DNA of 64,000 nt from an uncultured Desulfatitalea sp. (GTDB lineage Bacteria; Desulfobacterota; Desulfobacteria; Desulfobacterales; Desulfosarcinaceae), in assembly GCA_963668675.2 (NCBI GenBank), contig CAXXMB010000001.1:224001-288000 (forward strand), given 5' to 3'. The notes beneath the pieces were generated by a model that was not told the origin of the DNA, searched no databases, and saw only the letters and a program-made list of their open reading frames with translations. A program made the position numbers and the translations under genes. This document shows positions 55,660 through 64,000 of this stretch, in pieces. The number at the start of each line of letters is the position of its first letter. Within the stretch, counting starts at the first letter, position 1.

Positions 55660-56399
55660 ACCATCTCTCCAAAAGGGCCCAGGAGGTGCTGGCCCAGGCC
55701 GATGCCATCGCCGGTTACGCTTCCTATCTCGATCTGATCCGACCGCTGATCGGCGATCGGGAGACGATCAGCAGCGGCATGGCCCGGGAGGTGCAACGCG
55801 TTGAGGCAGCCATTGAACGGGTCTTGGAGGGGTGCGAGGTGGCCCTGATCTCCAGCGGTGATGCGGGCATCTACGCCATGGCCGGCCTGGTGCTGGAGAT
55901 GTGCGCAGTGCGTGGGATTGACGTAGTGCCGGCGTCCGCGAAAGGGCAGGGGGCTCTGCAGATCGAGGTGGTGCCGGGTATCCCGGCGCTGTGTGCCGGA
56001 GCGGCGCTGTTGGGCGCCCCCTTGACACACGATTTTGCCGCTGTCAGTCTGAGTGATCTGCTGACCCCTTGGGAGACGATCGAGGGCCGTATCGACGCCG
56101 CGGCCCGGGCCGATTTCGTGATCGTGATCTACAATCCCAAAAGCAAGCGGCGTGACTGGCAGTTAAAACGGGCCCAGGAGATCATTCGGCAACACCGTGA
56201 CGGCACGACCCCGGTGGGCATCGTCACGGCCGCCATGCGGCCAGGGGAGCGTATCCACATCACGACCCTGGCGCGTCTGCACACCGAGACGGTGGATATG
56301 CAGACCACGGTGTTCGTCGGAAACAGCACCACCCGGACAGTGGGCGATTTCATGTATACCCCCCGGGGGTATGGGAAGAAGTATGCCATCGAGGGATGA
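55530..56399 (+). CDS. cbiH: Cobalt-precorrin-3B C17-methyltransferase
   Basis: LFVVGIGPG, SSGDAGIYAMAG, GAPLTHDF, SLSDLLTPW, YNPKS, TPRGY. Confidence 0.92.
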   Translation: MRSSRPADRQRRDIDRSQTEKRQCDRGHRPPTLFVVGIGPGHIDHLSKRAQEVLAQADAIAGYASYLDLIRPLIGDRETISSGMAREVQRVEAAIERVLEGCEVALISSGDAGIYAMAGLVLEMCAVRGIDVVPASAKGQGALQIEVVPGIPALCAGAALLGAPLTHDFAAVSLSDLLTPWETIEGRIDAAARADFVIVIYNPKSKRRDWQLKRAQEIIRQHRDGTTPVGIVTAAMRPGERIHITTLARLHTETVDMQTTVFVGNSTTRTVGDFMYTPRGYGKKYAIEG

Positions 56400-56421
56400 A
56401 CGGGATGAGGAGGGAAGTGCC

Positions 56422-56937
56422 ATGGAAGGCTATGTGCAGGTTTACACTGGCGACGGCAAAGGCAAGACCACGGCCGCTTTGGGCTTGGCCATGCGGGCGG
56501 CGGGGGCAGGGCTGAAGGTCTACATCGGTCAGTTTATCAAGAATGCATACTACAATGAGATTAAGTCACTCGAGAAGTTTTCGGATCAGATTACACTGGT
56601 GCAGTTCGGCCGGGGCTGCTTTATCCGCGGCAACCCATGCGAAGAGGATATTCAACTCGCCCGCAAGGGGCTTGACGCGATCACCGCAGCACTGAAATCC
56701 GGCAATTACGATCTCGTTATCGCCGACGAGGTTAATGTGGCTTTCGGAGTCCATCTGGTGAGCGAAGCCGACCTGCTGGCCCTGATCGAGGCGCGGCGGC
56801 CGGAGACTGAACTGGTCCTGACCGGTCGCAATGCCCCCCAGGCCGTAATCGACAGGGCTGACCTGGTGACCGAGATGCGCGAAGTGAAACACTACTACCA
56901 GCACGGTGTACTGGCACGTGAAGGGATCGAGAAATAG
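56422..56937 (+). CDS. cobO: Cob(I)yrinic acid a,c-diamide adenosyltransferase
   Basis: VYTGDGKGKTTAALG, QFIK, ELVLTGR, ADLVTEM, GIE. Confidence 0.93.
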   Translation: MEGYVQVYTGDGKGKTTAALGLAMRAAGAGLKVYIGQFIKNAYYNEIKSLEKFSDQITLVQFGRGCFIRGNPCEEDIQLARKGLDAITAALKSGNYDLVIADEVNVAFGVHLVSEADLLALIEARRPETELVLTGRNAPQAVIDRADLVTEMREVKHYYQHGVLAREGIEK

Positions 56938-56938
56938 A

Positions 56939-58468
56939 ATGGGAGTAAAAGCGAAGTGCATTGCGGTCCTGGGCACCGGTTCGGATGTGGGCAAGAGCAT
57001 CGTGGCAACCGCGTTGTGCCGGCATTACGCCCGGCAGGGACTGAAGGTGGCGCCCTTCAAGGCTCAAAACATGTCCAACAACTCGGGGGTCACCCCCGAA
57101 GGGTTGGAGATGGGGCGTGCCCAGATCGTGCAGGCCGAGGCGGCCGGAGTTGCGCCGCATGTGAACATGAATCCCATTCTACTCAAACCCACCAGCGATT
57201 TAGGTGCCCAGGTGGTGGTGCTGGGCGAAGTGCGTATGAATGCCGCTGCCAAGGAGTATCACCAGCAGAAAGAGGGTCTTTTCCGGGTGGCGTGTGACGC
57301 TTTGGACCGGCTGCGCGACGGCCACGATCTGATCGTGATCGAAGGTGCCGGCTCGTGTGCCGAAGTGAACCTCATGGAGCGCGATATCGTCAACCTCTCC
57401 ATGGCGGCCTATGCTCAGGCGCCGGTGATCCTGGTGGCCGATATCCATCGCGGCGGGGTGTTCGCCCAGATCGTGGGCACCATGGCATGCCTGGCGGAGA
57501 AGCAGCGGCGGCAGATCGGCGGGGTGGTCATCAATCGTTTCCGGGGAGATATCTACCTGTTCCTGAACGGGGTGGCGTGGATCGAGGCGCGTATCGAGCG
57601 ACCGGTCATTGGGGTGCTGCCATGGTATGACGATTTTGTTATCGAAGCCGAAGACTCGGTGGTGATCGAGCGGCCTGGCGCAGGCACAGGGCAGGGGCCC
57701 TGCATCGCCGTTATCCGAGTGCCGCATATTTCCAACTTCACCGACTTCGATCCACTGATGCGGCTGAACGGTGTGGAATTGGTCTACCTGGAGAGACCCC
57801 GAGCACTTGATCGCTTCAAGGCCGTTATTTTGCCCGGCTCCAAGAACACCCGCAACGACCTGGAGTGGCTGGCGGCCATGGGTTGGCGCGACCTGATCCG
57901 GGCGTACCATCAACGCGGCGGACACCTGCTGGGCATCTGCGGCGGGTATCAGATGCTCGGTTCGGCGGTGATCGATCCGGATGGTGTCGAAGGCCGCCCC
58001 GGCAGGACGCCCGGCCTGGACCTGCTGCCGGTGGAGACAGAGTTGAAAGCGCCCAAAACCACCACGCGTACACGGTTTGTTTGGGACGGGGACGAGGGCA
58101 CAGGGTATGAGATCCATATGGGGCAGACGCGTCGTTTCGGCGGACAACCGCTGTTGGGGATCCAATCCCGCAACGGGAAGGCATGCATGGATCGGGACGG
58201 GTGCATCTCTGAAGAGGGACGTGTGCTGGGCAGTTACCTTCACGGGCTTTTTGATGCGACGGCCATCACCGTCCGCTGGCTCCAACAGATCGGCTTGGAA
58301 GGGATCCCGGTGGATGAAACGGAGGGCTTTGAGGCGCGCAACAGGGCCTATGATGCCCTGGCCGACCACGCCGGGCGTTACCTGGATCTCACGCTGGTCG
58401 ACCAACTGATCGGCAAGCCCATGTCATCCGGGCAACAGGTCGCCTGGAGAGGAGTAAAAAGCAGATGA
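56939..58468 (+). CDS. cobQ: Cobyric acid synthase
   Basis: GTGSDVGKS, PFKAQNMS, MNPILLKP, IEGAGS, ISNFTDFDPL, GICGGYQMLG, GYEIHMG. Confidence 0.95.
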   Translation: MGVKAKCIAVLGTGSDVGKSIVATALCRHYARQGLKVAPFKAQNMSNNSGVTPEGLEMGRAQIVQAEAAGVAPHVNMNPILLKPTSDLGAQVVVLGEVRMNAAAKEYHQQKEGLFRVACDALDRLRDGHDLIVIEGAGSCAEVNLMERDIVNLSMAAYAQAPVILVADIHRGGVFAQIVGTMACLAEKQRRQIGGVVINRFRGDIYLFLNGVAWIEARIERPVIGVLPWYDDFVIEAEDSVVIERPGAGTGQGPCIAVIRVPHISNFTDFDPLMRLNGVELVYLERPRALDRFKAVILPGSKNTRNDLEWLAAMGWRDLIRAYHQRGGHLLGICGGYQMLGSAVIDPDGVEGRPGRTPGLDLLPVETELKAPKTTTRTRFVWDGDEGTGYEIHMGQTRRFGGQPLLGIQSRNGKACMDRDGCISEEGRVLGSYLHGLFDATAITVRWLQQIGLEGIPVDETEGFEARNRAYDALADHAGRYLDLTLVDQLIGKPMSSGQQVAWRGVKSR

Positions 58469-59586
58469 TCCAAGGTCACGGCGGCAACATCTACCGGCTG
58501 GCTGAACGGTTTGGGTGCCGGCCTGAACAGATTGACGATGTGAGCAGCAATATCAATCCATTAGGACCGCCGCCCGGCTTGATGGCATTCCTCAAGGAGC
58601 GCATGGCGGTTGTCTGCGCCCTGCCCGAGGTGGACAGCCGCAACACCGAAGCTCAGATGGCCGGCTTTTTGGGGGTCGAGCCGCAGTCGCTTCTGGCCGG
58701 AGCCGGGACGACCCAGTTCATCTACAGTATGTATCCGGCCCTCGAATCGGACAAGATCCTCATCCTGGGACCCACCTATTCCGACTATGCCGATGCCTGT
58801 CGTCAGAGGAGGATGCAGCCGTCCTATCTGCTGGCAACGGCGGAGAATCGCTTTCAGCCCGACCTGCAGCGTCTCGACCATCTGGCCGGCCGGGTCGACA
58901 CGGTGGTGATCTGCAACCCCAACAATCCCACCGGCGTCCTGATTCCCCGGAATCTATTGCGTGACCTCTGCCGCCGACATGCCGATACCCGTTTTGTGAT
59001 CGACGAGTCCTATCTCGGTTTTCTCCCCAAAGCGGAGCAGGAGAGCATGGTTTCCAGTGGCTTGGACAATGTGATCGTCCTGCACTCCCTCTCGAAACTC
59101 TACCGCCTCCCGGGGCTGCGCATCGGCTTTTTGACCGCCGTTCCCGAGGTGGTCGACCGTTTTCGAGCCGTTCGGACCCCCTGGAGCCTGAACAGTCTGG
59201 CCCAGGCGGCGGTGCGCTATGTGGCCACCCACGCCCAAACGATGGCGCAGTTCGTGGAGCAGAGCCGGACCTTCGTTGTCGGCGAGCGGCAGCTTCTCTT
59301 CGAGCGTTTGAACGCCGCCGTCCGCCTGCAGGCCTTTCCCAGCCATACCCCTTTCTTTTTGGTTGAACTGCCGGACGAATGGCGTGCCCCTCACGTGTGG
59401 GAGCGGTTTGCCCGGGAGGGCGTGCTGATACGCGACTGCAGCAACTTTGTCGGACTGGACGACCGGTTCATCCGCATTGCGATAAACCAACCGGAGATCA
59501 ATCGCAAAGTTGCCAGGATGCTGGCCGGTTTATGCACCTCAGCGGATGGGTATGATTTACGTCCCCTTGCAGATAGAGAGAGATGA
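58465..59586 (+). CDS. cobD: Threonine-phosphate decarboxylase
   Basis: HGGNIY, SSNINPLG, CNPNNPTG, IDESY, SLSKLYRLPGLRIG, IRDCSNF. Confidence 0.9.
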   Translation: MIQGHGGNIYRLAERFGCRPEQIDDVSSNINPLGPPPGLMAFLKERMAVVCALPEVDSRNTEAQMAGFLGVEPQSLLAGAGTTQFIYSMYPALESDKILILGPTYSDYADACRQRRMQPSYLLATAENRFQPDLQRLDHLAGRVDTVVICNPNNPTGVLIPRNLLRDLCRRHADTRFVIDESYLGFLPKAEQESMVSSGLDNVIVLHSLSKLYRLPGLRIGFLTAVPEVVDRFRAVRTPWSLNSLAQAAVRYVATHAQTMAQFVEQSRTFVVGERQLLFERLNAAVRLQAFPSHTPFFLVELPDEWRAPHVWERFAREGVLIRDCSNFVGLDDRFIRIAINQPEINRKVARMLAGLCTSADGYDLRPLADRER

Positions 59587-60554
59587 TGGCAGATCCCTCC
59601 ACTTTCGACCTCGCTTGGCTGGTCATCCCGACCGCTGTCGCCCTGGACCTGCTTCTGGGCGATCCGCAGGGGTGGCCCCATCCGGTGCGCTGGATGGGAC
59701 GGGCCATCGAGTGGATGGAACCGATCTTTAGAAAGCGCTGGCACAATGAATATTTCGCAGGAACCGTCTTCGCGGTCGGGTTGATTTTGGCCGCTTGGCT
59801 GGCCGCAGTTGCCGTGGTGCAGGTGTTGACAGGTTTTCATCCTATTCTGGGGGCACTTGCCGAGGTGACGATGATTTACTACTCCCTTTCGGTCCGCTCG
59901 CTCAGGGATGCGGCGCTGGAGATCCACGGCCTGCTGAAGCGGGGCGAGACCGAAACGGCTCGCACGAAGCTCTCATTTATCGTGGGCCGGGATGTGGAAC
60001 GCTACCAGGACCAAGACATTGCCCGCGCCACCGTGGAGACCGTTGCGGAGAACGTTGTGGATGGTGTGCTGTCGCCGCTCTTTTTTGTCGCCATCGGCGG
60101 CGCACCGCTCGGCATGGCCTACAAGATGGTCAACACCCTGGATTCAATGGTGGGCTACAGAAACGAGCGCTATTTGCGATTTGGAAGAGGTGCCGCCCGT
60201 ATCGATGATGCGGCCAACTATATTCCCTCTCGCCTTTCCATACTGGTGATTTGTGCGGCCGCCGGATGGTTGGACCCGCGGCGCAGTCGGCGTGCCTTCA
60301 GGACGGCGCTGCTCGAAGGCCGTCGCCACAGCAGTCCCAACGCCGGTTATCCCGAAGCGGCCTTTGCCGGGGCCCTGGGCATTCGGCTGGCTGGGCCAAA
60401 TTACTATCATGGTCGTCTGGTGGCGAAGCCGTATATCGGTCGCCGATTCGGACCGGCCGCGGCCAACCACATTGTCAATGCTTGCCAGCTCATGCTGATC
60501 GCTTCCCTGATCGGCGCTGGCGCAGCCTGGCTCACCGGTGCAATTATATACTGA
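59583..60554 (+). CDS. cbiB: Adenosylcobinamide-phosphate synthase
   Basis: LDLLLGDP..WPHPV, IVGRD, VETVAEN, YKMVNTLDSMVGY, SPNAGYPEAA. Confidence 0.95.
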   Translation: MMADPSTFDLAWLVIPTAVALDLLLGDPQGWPHPVRWMGRAIEWMEPIFRKRWHNEYFAGTVFAVGLILAAWLAAVAVVQVLTGFHPILGALAEVTMIYYSLSVRSLRDAALEIHGLLKRGETETARTKLSFIVGRDVERYQDQDIARATVETVAENVVDGVLSPLFFVAIGGAPLGMAYKMVNTLDSMVGYRNERYLRFGRGAARIDDAANYIPSRLSILVICAAAGWLDPRRSRRAFRTALLEGRRHSSPNAGYPEAAFAGALGIRLAGPNYYHGRLVAKPYIGRRFGPAAANHIVNACQLMLIASLIGAGAAWLTGAIIY

Positions 60555-60567
60555 TGCTTATCTGTCC

Positions 60568-62472
60568 CTACTCATTTATGACATCGTGCAACAGCTTGAG
60601 CATTTTCCTGAAGTTGTACGGCTTCTGGATAAAGCCGCGCGCCTTCTGCAGCACATCGTCGGATGCCGGGTTTTCCATGCTATAGCCGCTGGAGATGACC
60701 ACATTCGCCTTGGGATTGAAGTCCAAAATCTCTCGCAAGCAGTGCTTGCCGCCCATACCCGGCATGATCAGGTCCAGGATGATGAGCGATATTTCGGAGC
60801 TGGTTTTGCGGTATTGAGAGAGACCGGTTTCGCCGCTGCCGGCGGTGATTACCTGGTACCCGTTTTTAGTGAGCATGTCTTTGGCCAGCTCCCTCAGGAA
60901 TTCTTCATCGTCGATAACCAGGATCGTTTCACCGCCCCCCTTTTTGATTTGTTCTTCCGGCGGCATGATCCGTTTGGCAGCGGCCATTTTGATGGCCGGC
61001 AGGTAGATTTGGAAGACGGTTCCTTTGCCTGCTTGGCTTTCGCAAAGGATCTGGCCGCCATGGTTATGGATGATGCCGTAGGCCATGGCCAGGCCTAGCC
61101 CGGTCCCTTTGCCAGGCTGCTTGGTGGTATAGAAGGGTTCGAAGATATGCTCCCTGATTTCGTTGGACATCCCCTGGCCGTTGTCGGCGATGGAGAGGCG
61201 CACATACTCGTCGGCCACATCGCCCAGCTGGAGCTGGCGCAGCGCCACATCTGGCTCGATATTGGCAGTTTCAATAATCAAGCGGCCGCCGTCGGGCATG
61301 GCATCGCGGGCATTGACACCGATGTTGAGGAGAACCTGTTCGACCTGACCGGGATCGGCATTGACAGTGAGCACCGGCTCGGTCAAACGCAGCTCGATGT
61401 TGATCATTTTTGGGATGGTTCGCTCGAGTAGTTTCTCAACCTGGCGCACCACCTGGTTGAGATTGACGGGCCGGGGATGGATCTCTACCTTGCGGCTGAA
61501 CGCCAGGAGTTGGGAGGTCAGTTCCGTGGCCCGTTGGGCGGCCTTTTCGATCTCTCTCAATTTAGCTGTTTCAGGCGACGAGGCAGTTTTTTCCATGAGC
61601 AGCATTTGGGAGTAGCCGAGGATCGCCTGCAGCAGGTTGTTGAAGTCGTGGGAAATGCCGCCGGCCAAGGTGCCGATGGCCTCCATCTTCTGCGCCTGGA
61701 GCAGCTGGGCTTCGAGTGCTTTTGTGGCAGTGATGTCCCGCGTAAAACCGCAAATACCGCTGGTTTTTCCGGTTTTACCGGTCAATGGTACCTTGATGCT
61801 GTGGAAAATTTTGGTGCCTTTCCGCTCGATCTTGAGCTCCTCTTCGACGATTTCGCCTTGGAGCACCCGCTCTTCGATGGTCCGGCTCTGGGCACCCTTC
61901 TCACTGCCGAAAAGCGTTTCGTCTGTCTCTCCCATGAATTCGACCGCTTTCAGGTCGTAAAGCCTCTCCATGGAGGGGTTGACCAGGGTGTACTTTAAGC
62001 TGGTGTCTTTAAGGAAGATGGCGTCCTGGGCACTTTCGAAAATGGTTCGGAAGCGCCGCTCGCTTTCTTTGAGGCGCTCTTCTGCGATTCGTTTGTCTTC
62101 ACGGATCTGAATGGTTTCGAAGATGCGCTCCAGCAGATTGATGAGCTCGATCGGACGCACCGGTTTCTGCAGGTAGTGAAACGCCCCCTTCTCCAATGCG
62201 GTAATGGCCGAATCCACATCGGCAAAGGCCGTCATCAGTGCGCAGACACAATCGGGGCTCGTGGACTTCAGGTCGGCCAGCAGATTGATGCCGGTGTCGT
62301 CGGGCAGTTTCAGATCGAGCAGCGCCACATGCGGATTGTTCTCTCTGGCCCGCGCCAGTGCATCGGCACAGGTGTTGGCCGTTATCAACCGGTAGCCCTC
62401 ATCTTCGAGGATATCTTCCAGGTTGTCCGCCATGGCTTCATCGTCGTCAACAATCAGAATGGTCTTGTGCAT
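60568..62472 (-). CDS. Hybrid sensor kinase (REC-PAS-HisKA-HATPase-REC)
   Basis: ILIVDDD, LAGGISHDFNNLL, NARDAM, FEPFYTTK, GTGLGL, C-terminal receiver. Confidence 0.92.
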   Translation of the reverse strand: MHKTILIVDDDEAMADNLEDILEDEGYRLITANTCADALARARENNPHVALLDLKLPDDTGINLLADLKSTSPDCVCALMTAFADVDSAITALEKGAFHYLQKPVRPIELINLLERIFETIQIREDKRIAEERLKESERRFRTIFESAQDAIFLKDTSLKYTLVNPSMERLYDLKAVEFMGETDETLFGSEKGAQSRTIEERVLQGEIVEEELKIERKGTKIFHSIKVPLTGKTGKTSGICGFTRDITATKALEAQLLQAQKMEAIGTLAGGISHDFNNLLQAILGYSQMLLMEKTASSPETAKLREIEKAAQRATELTSQLLAFSRKVEIHPRPVNLNQVVRQVEKLLERTIPKMINIELRLTEPVLTVNADPGQVEQVLLNIGVNARDAMPDGGRLIIETANIEPDVALRQLQLGDVADEYVRLSIADNGQGMSNEIREHIFEPFYTTKQPGKGTGLGLAMAYGIIHNHGGQILCESQAGKGTVFQIYLPAIKMAAAKRIMPPEEQIKKGGGETILVIDDEEFLRELAKDMLTKNGYQVITAGSGETGLSQYRKTSSEISLIILDLIMPGMGGKHCLREILDFNPKANVVISSGYSMENPASDDVLQKARGFIQKPYNFRKMLKLLHDVINE

Positions 62473-62477
62473 CGCAT

Positions 62478-63245
62478 TTACTCCATAGCAGGTTTCCGAA
62501 TCACCCCTTTTTTGACGTCCTCTCTGATGTTCTCCATCACTTTCAAAAGGCGCTTCATGTCTATCGGTTTCGGTAGCATTGTATAGGCACTCTCTTCAAT
62601 TGCCTGCTGGATCAGGCTGTTCATCTCCTCTGCATAGCCGGTCATGAGAATGGTGACCAGGTTGGGTTGCAGATTTTTGATGCGTCGGTAGACCTCGAGG
62701 CCATTCAGATCGGGCATCTTCAGGTCGAGCAGTAGAATGTCGAAGGGTTGGCGCTCGGCTTCCCGAATCGCTTCATGGGGGCTGCAGGCCATGGCAACCC
62801 GGTATCCATATTCGGCCAGGGTATCGTAGAGATTTTCGCAAAGCGCCCGGTCGTCATCGGCCAGCAGGATGTATCCGCCCTCGGGCTTTGCGATCGCTCG
62901 TTCGATGGTCAAGTGCAGATCGTCCATGTTCAGCGGCTTCTTCAAAATTGCCGTTACACCGTTATCGCGTGCTTGTTGGATCAACTCGGTGAGGGCGTAG
63001 GCGGTAAAGAGGATCACTTTGACATCGGGATTTCGGCGTTTCATGCTCAGGAAGGACTCCACGCCGTTCATCCCCGGCATTTTGATGTCCATCAGCACGA
63101 GGTCGTACTCAGCGCATCCGGTCAGCTCGCAGGCATCCTCTCCATTGTGGGCCGTCTCCACATCATACCCTTCATCCTCGAGGATATCTTTGATGCTGTC
63201 GGTGTAATCTTCGTTGTCATCTACGACAAGGATCTTAAACGCCAT
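62478..63245 (-). CDS. Tandem receiver-domain response regulator (REC-REC, no output domain)
   Basis: ILVVDDN..MDIKMPGMNG..KP and ILLADDD..LDLKMPDLNG..KP. Confidence 0.9.
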   Translation of the reverse strand: MAFKILVVDDNEDYTDSIKDILEDEGYDVETAHNGEDACELTGCAEYDLVLMDIKMPGMNGVESFLSMKRRNPDVKVILFTAYALTELIQQARDNGVTAILKKPLNMDDLHLTIERAIAKPEGGYILLADDDRALCENLYDTLAEYGYRVAMACSPHEAIREAERQPFDILLLDLKMPDLNGLEVYRRIKNLQPNLVTILMTGYAEEMNSLIQQAIEESAYTMLPKPIDMKRLLKVMENIREDVKKGVIRKPAME

Positions 63246-63301
63246 GACACCTCCAAAATTTGAGAACTTTTGTTGAGTGAAACGATATCTCCAAGGGCAC
63301 C

Positions 63302-64000
63302 TTAACTTCCAGAGCCGTAAGGCAAGCCGATCTGGATCCGGGTGCCCTCTCCCAAACGGCTCTCAAGGATGATATCTCCGCTGTGCTCTTCGATGATTTT
63401 TTTTACATTGGCCAAACCGATGCCGGTGCCCCGCGCGCGGGTGGTAAAAAGCGGCTCGAATGCGCGTCGGCGGGTCTCATCGTCCATGCCGATGCCGTTG
63501 TCGGCAACGTCAAATACCAGTTGTTCGCCCCTCCTGCTTACAGTGAGTGTGACCTGTGGACTGTAGCCTTTTCCAACGCCGTTGCCGTTTTCGGCCTTGG
63601 CCTTCACCGCATAAATGGCGTTGAGCAATACATTGATGATCACCCGACGCATCTTCTCCTGATCGTGGGGAACCGGCTGCAGTCCCTCCTCCAGTTGAAC
63701 CGATATTTCGATGCCCTCCTGCTCCTGTATTTGATCCACGACCTGCAGGAGCCAGGGCGTCGGGTCCTCTGTTGCGATAGAGGCGTGGCGGCCGCGTGTA
63801 TATTCGAGCAGATCGGCCACGATGGCATCGCACATGGCGATCTGCTCCTCGATGCGATTGAAATGCTTATCGGTCTTTTCGTCCTTATCCTTTATTTTGC
63901 GCTGCAGATAGAAGTTGGAGGAGCGAATGACGCCCAACGGGTTTCTCAGTTCATGGCTCACTGTGGCGGTAAGCTGACCGAGGACGGCCAGCCTCTCACT
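63302..64000 (-). CDS. Sensor histidine kinase, C-terminal part (5' end outside window)
   Basis: LGQLTATVSHELRNPL, NVLLNA, DNGIGM, FEPLFTT, GTGIGL. Confidence 0.9.
   Translation of the reverse strand, partial: SERLAVLGQLTATVSHELRNPLGVIRSSNFYLQRKIKDKDEKTDKHFNRIEEQIAMCDAIVADLLEYTRGRHASIATEDPTPWLLQVVDQIQEQEGIEISVQLEEGLQPVPHDQEKMRRVIINVLLNAIYAVKAKAENGNGVGKGYSPQVTLTVSRRGEQLVFDVADNGIGMDDETRRRAFEPLFTTRARGTGIGLANVKKIIEEHSGDIILESRLGEGTRIQIGLPYGSGS

Overview
Bacterial chromosomal window. Gene content, sigma-54 promoters and palindrome families suggest an anaerobic deltaproteobacterium, probably Desulfobacterales (inference). From left to right: (1) 1-11 kb is a minus-strand accessory block with two amidase paralogues, marC, a lipoprotein pseudogene, ybaK, an APC permease and cfa. 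Two decayed attC-like sites lie in this block. It also holds a three-gene island encoding a secreted transglutaminase-like protein, a MACPF-like domain fused to a phage tail-collar domain, and a secreted Cys-repeat protein. (2) ppc and an acyl-CoA dehydrogenase. (3) DUF2760 plus two atypical Hsp70 genes. (4) A divergent, sigma-54-driven metallocluster-maturation cluster (NifX-like, NifU-like, CooC, CooT, DUF364 / CGGC, DUF89, radical SAM). (5) A Ni/Co uptake operon (porin, DUF4198, split CbiL/NikL-like, CbiMQO with a His-rich tail) behind a leader terminator. (6) darAB dialkylresorcinol genes convergent with an ABC exporter across a 192-bp nested hairpin. (7) A cobalamin riboswitch followed by a corrinoid ABC transporter and an anaerobic cobalamin biosynthesis operon. 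(8) Two-component signalling genes. The best candidate for an undescribed system is the MACPF/tail-collar fusion and its neighbours (6746-11069). All family calls come from motif recognition, not database searches.
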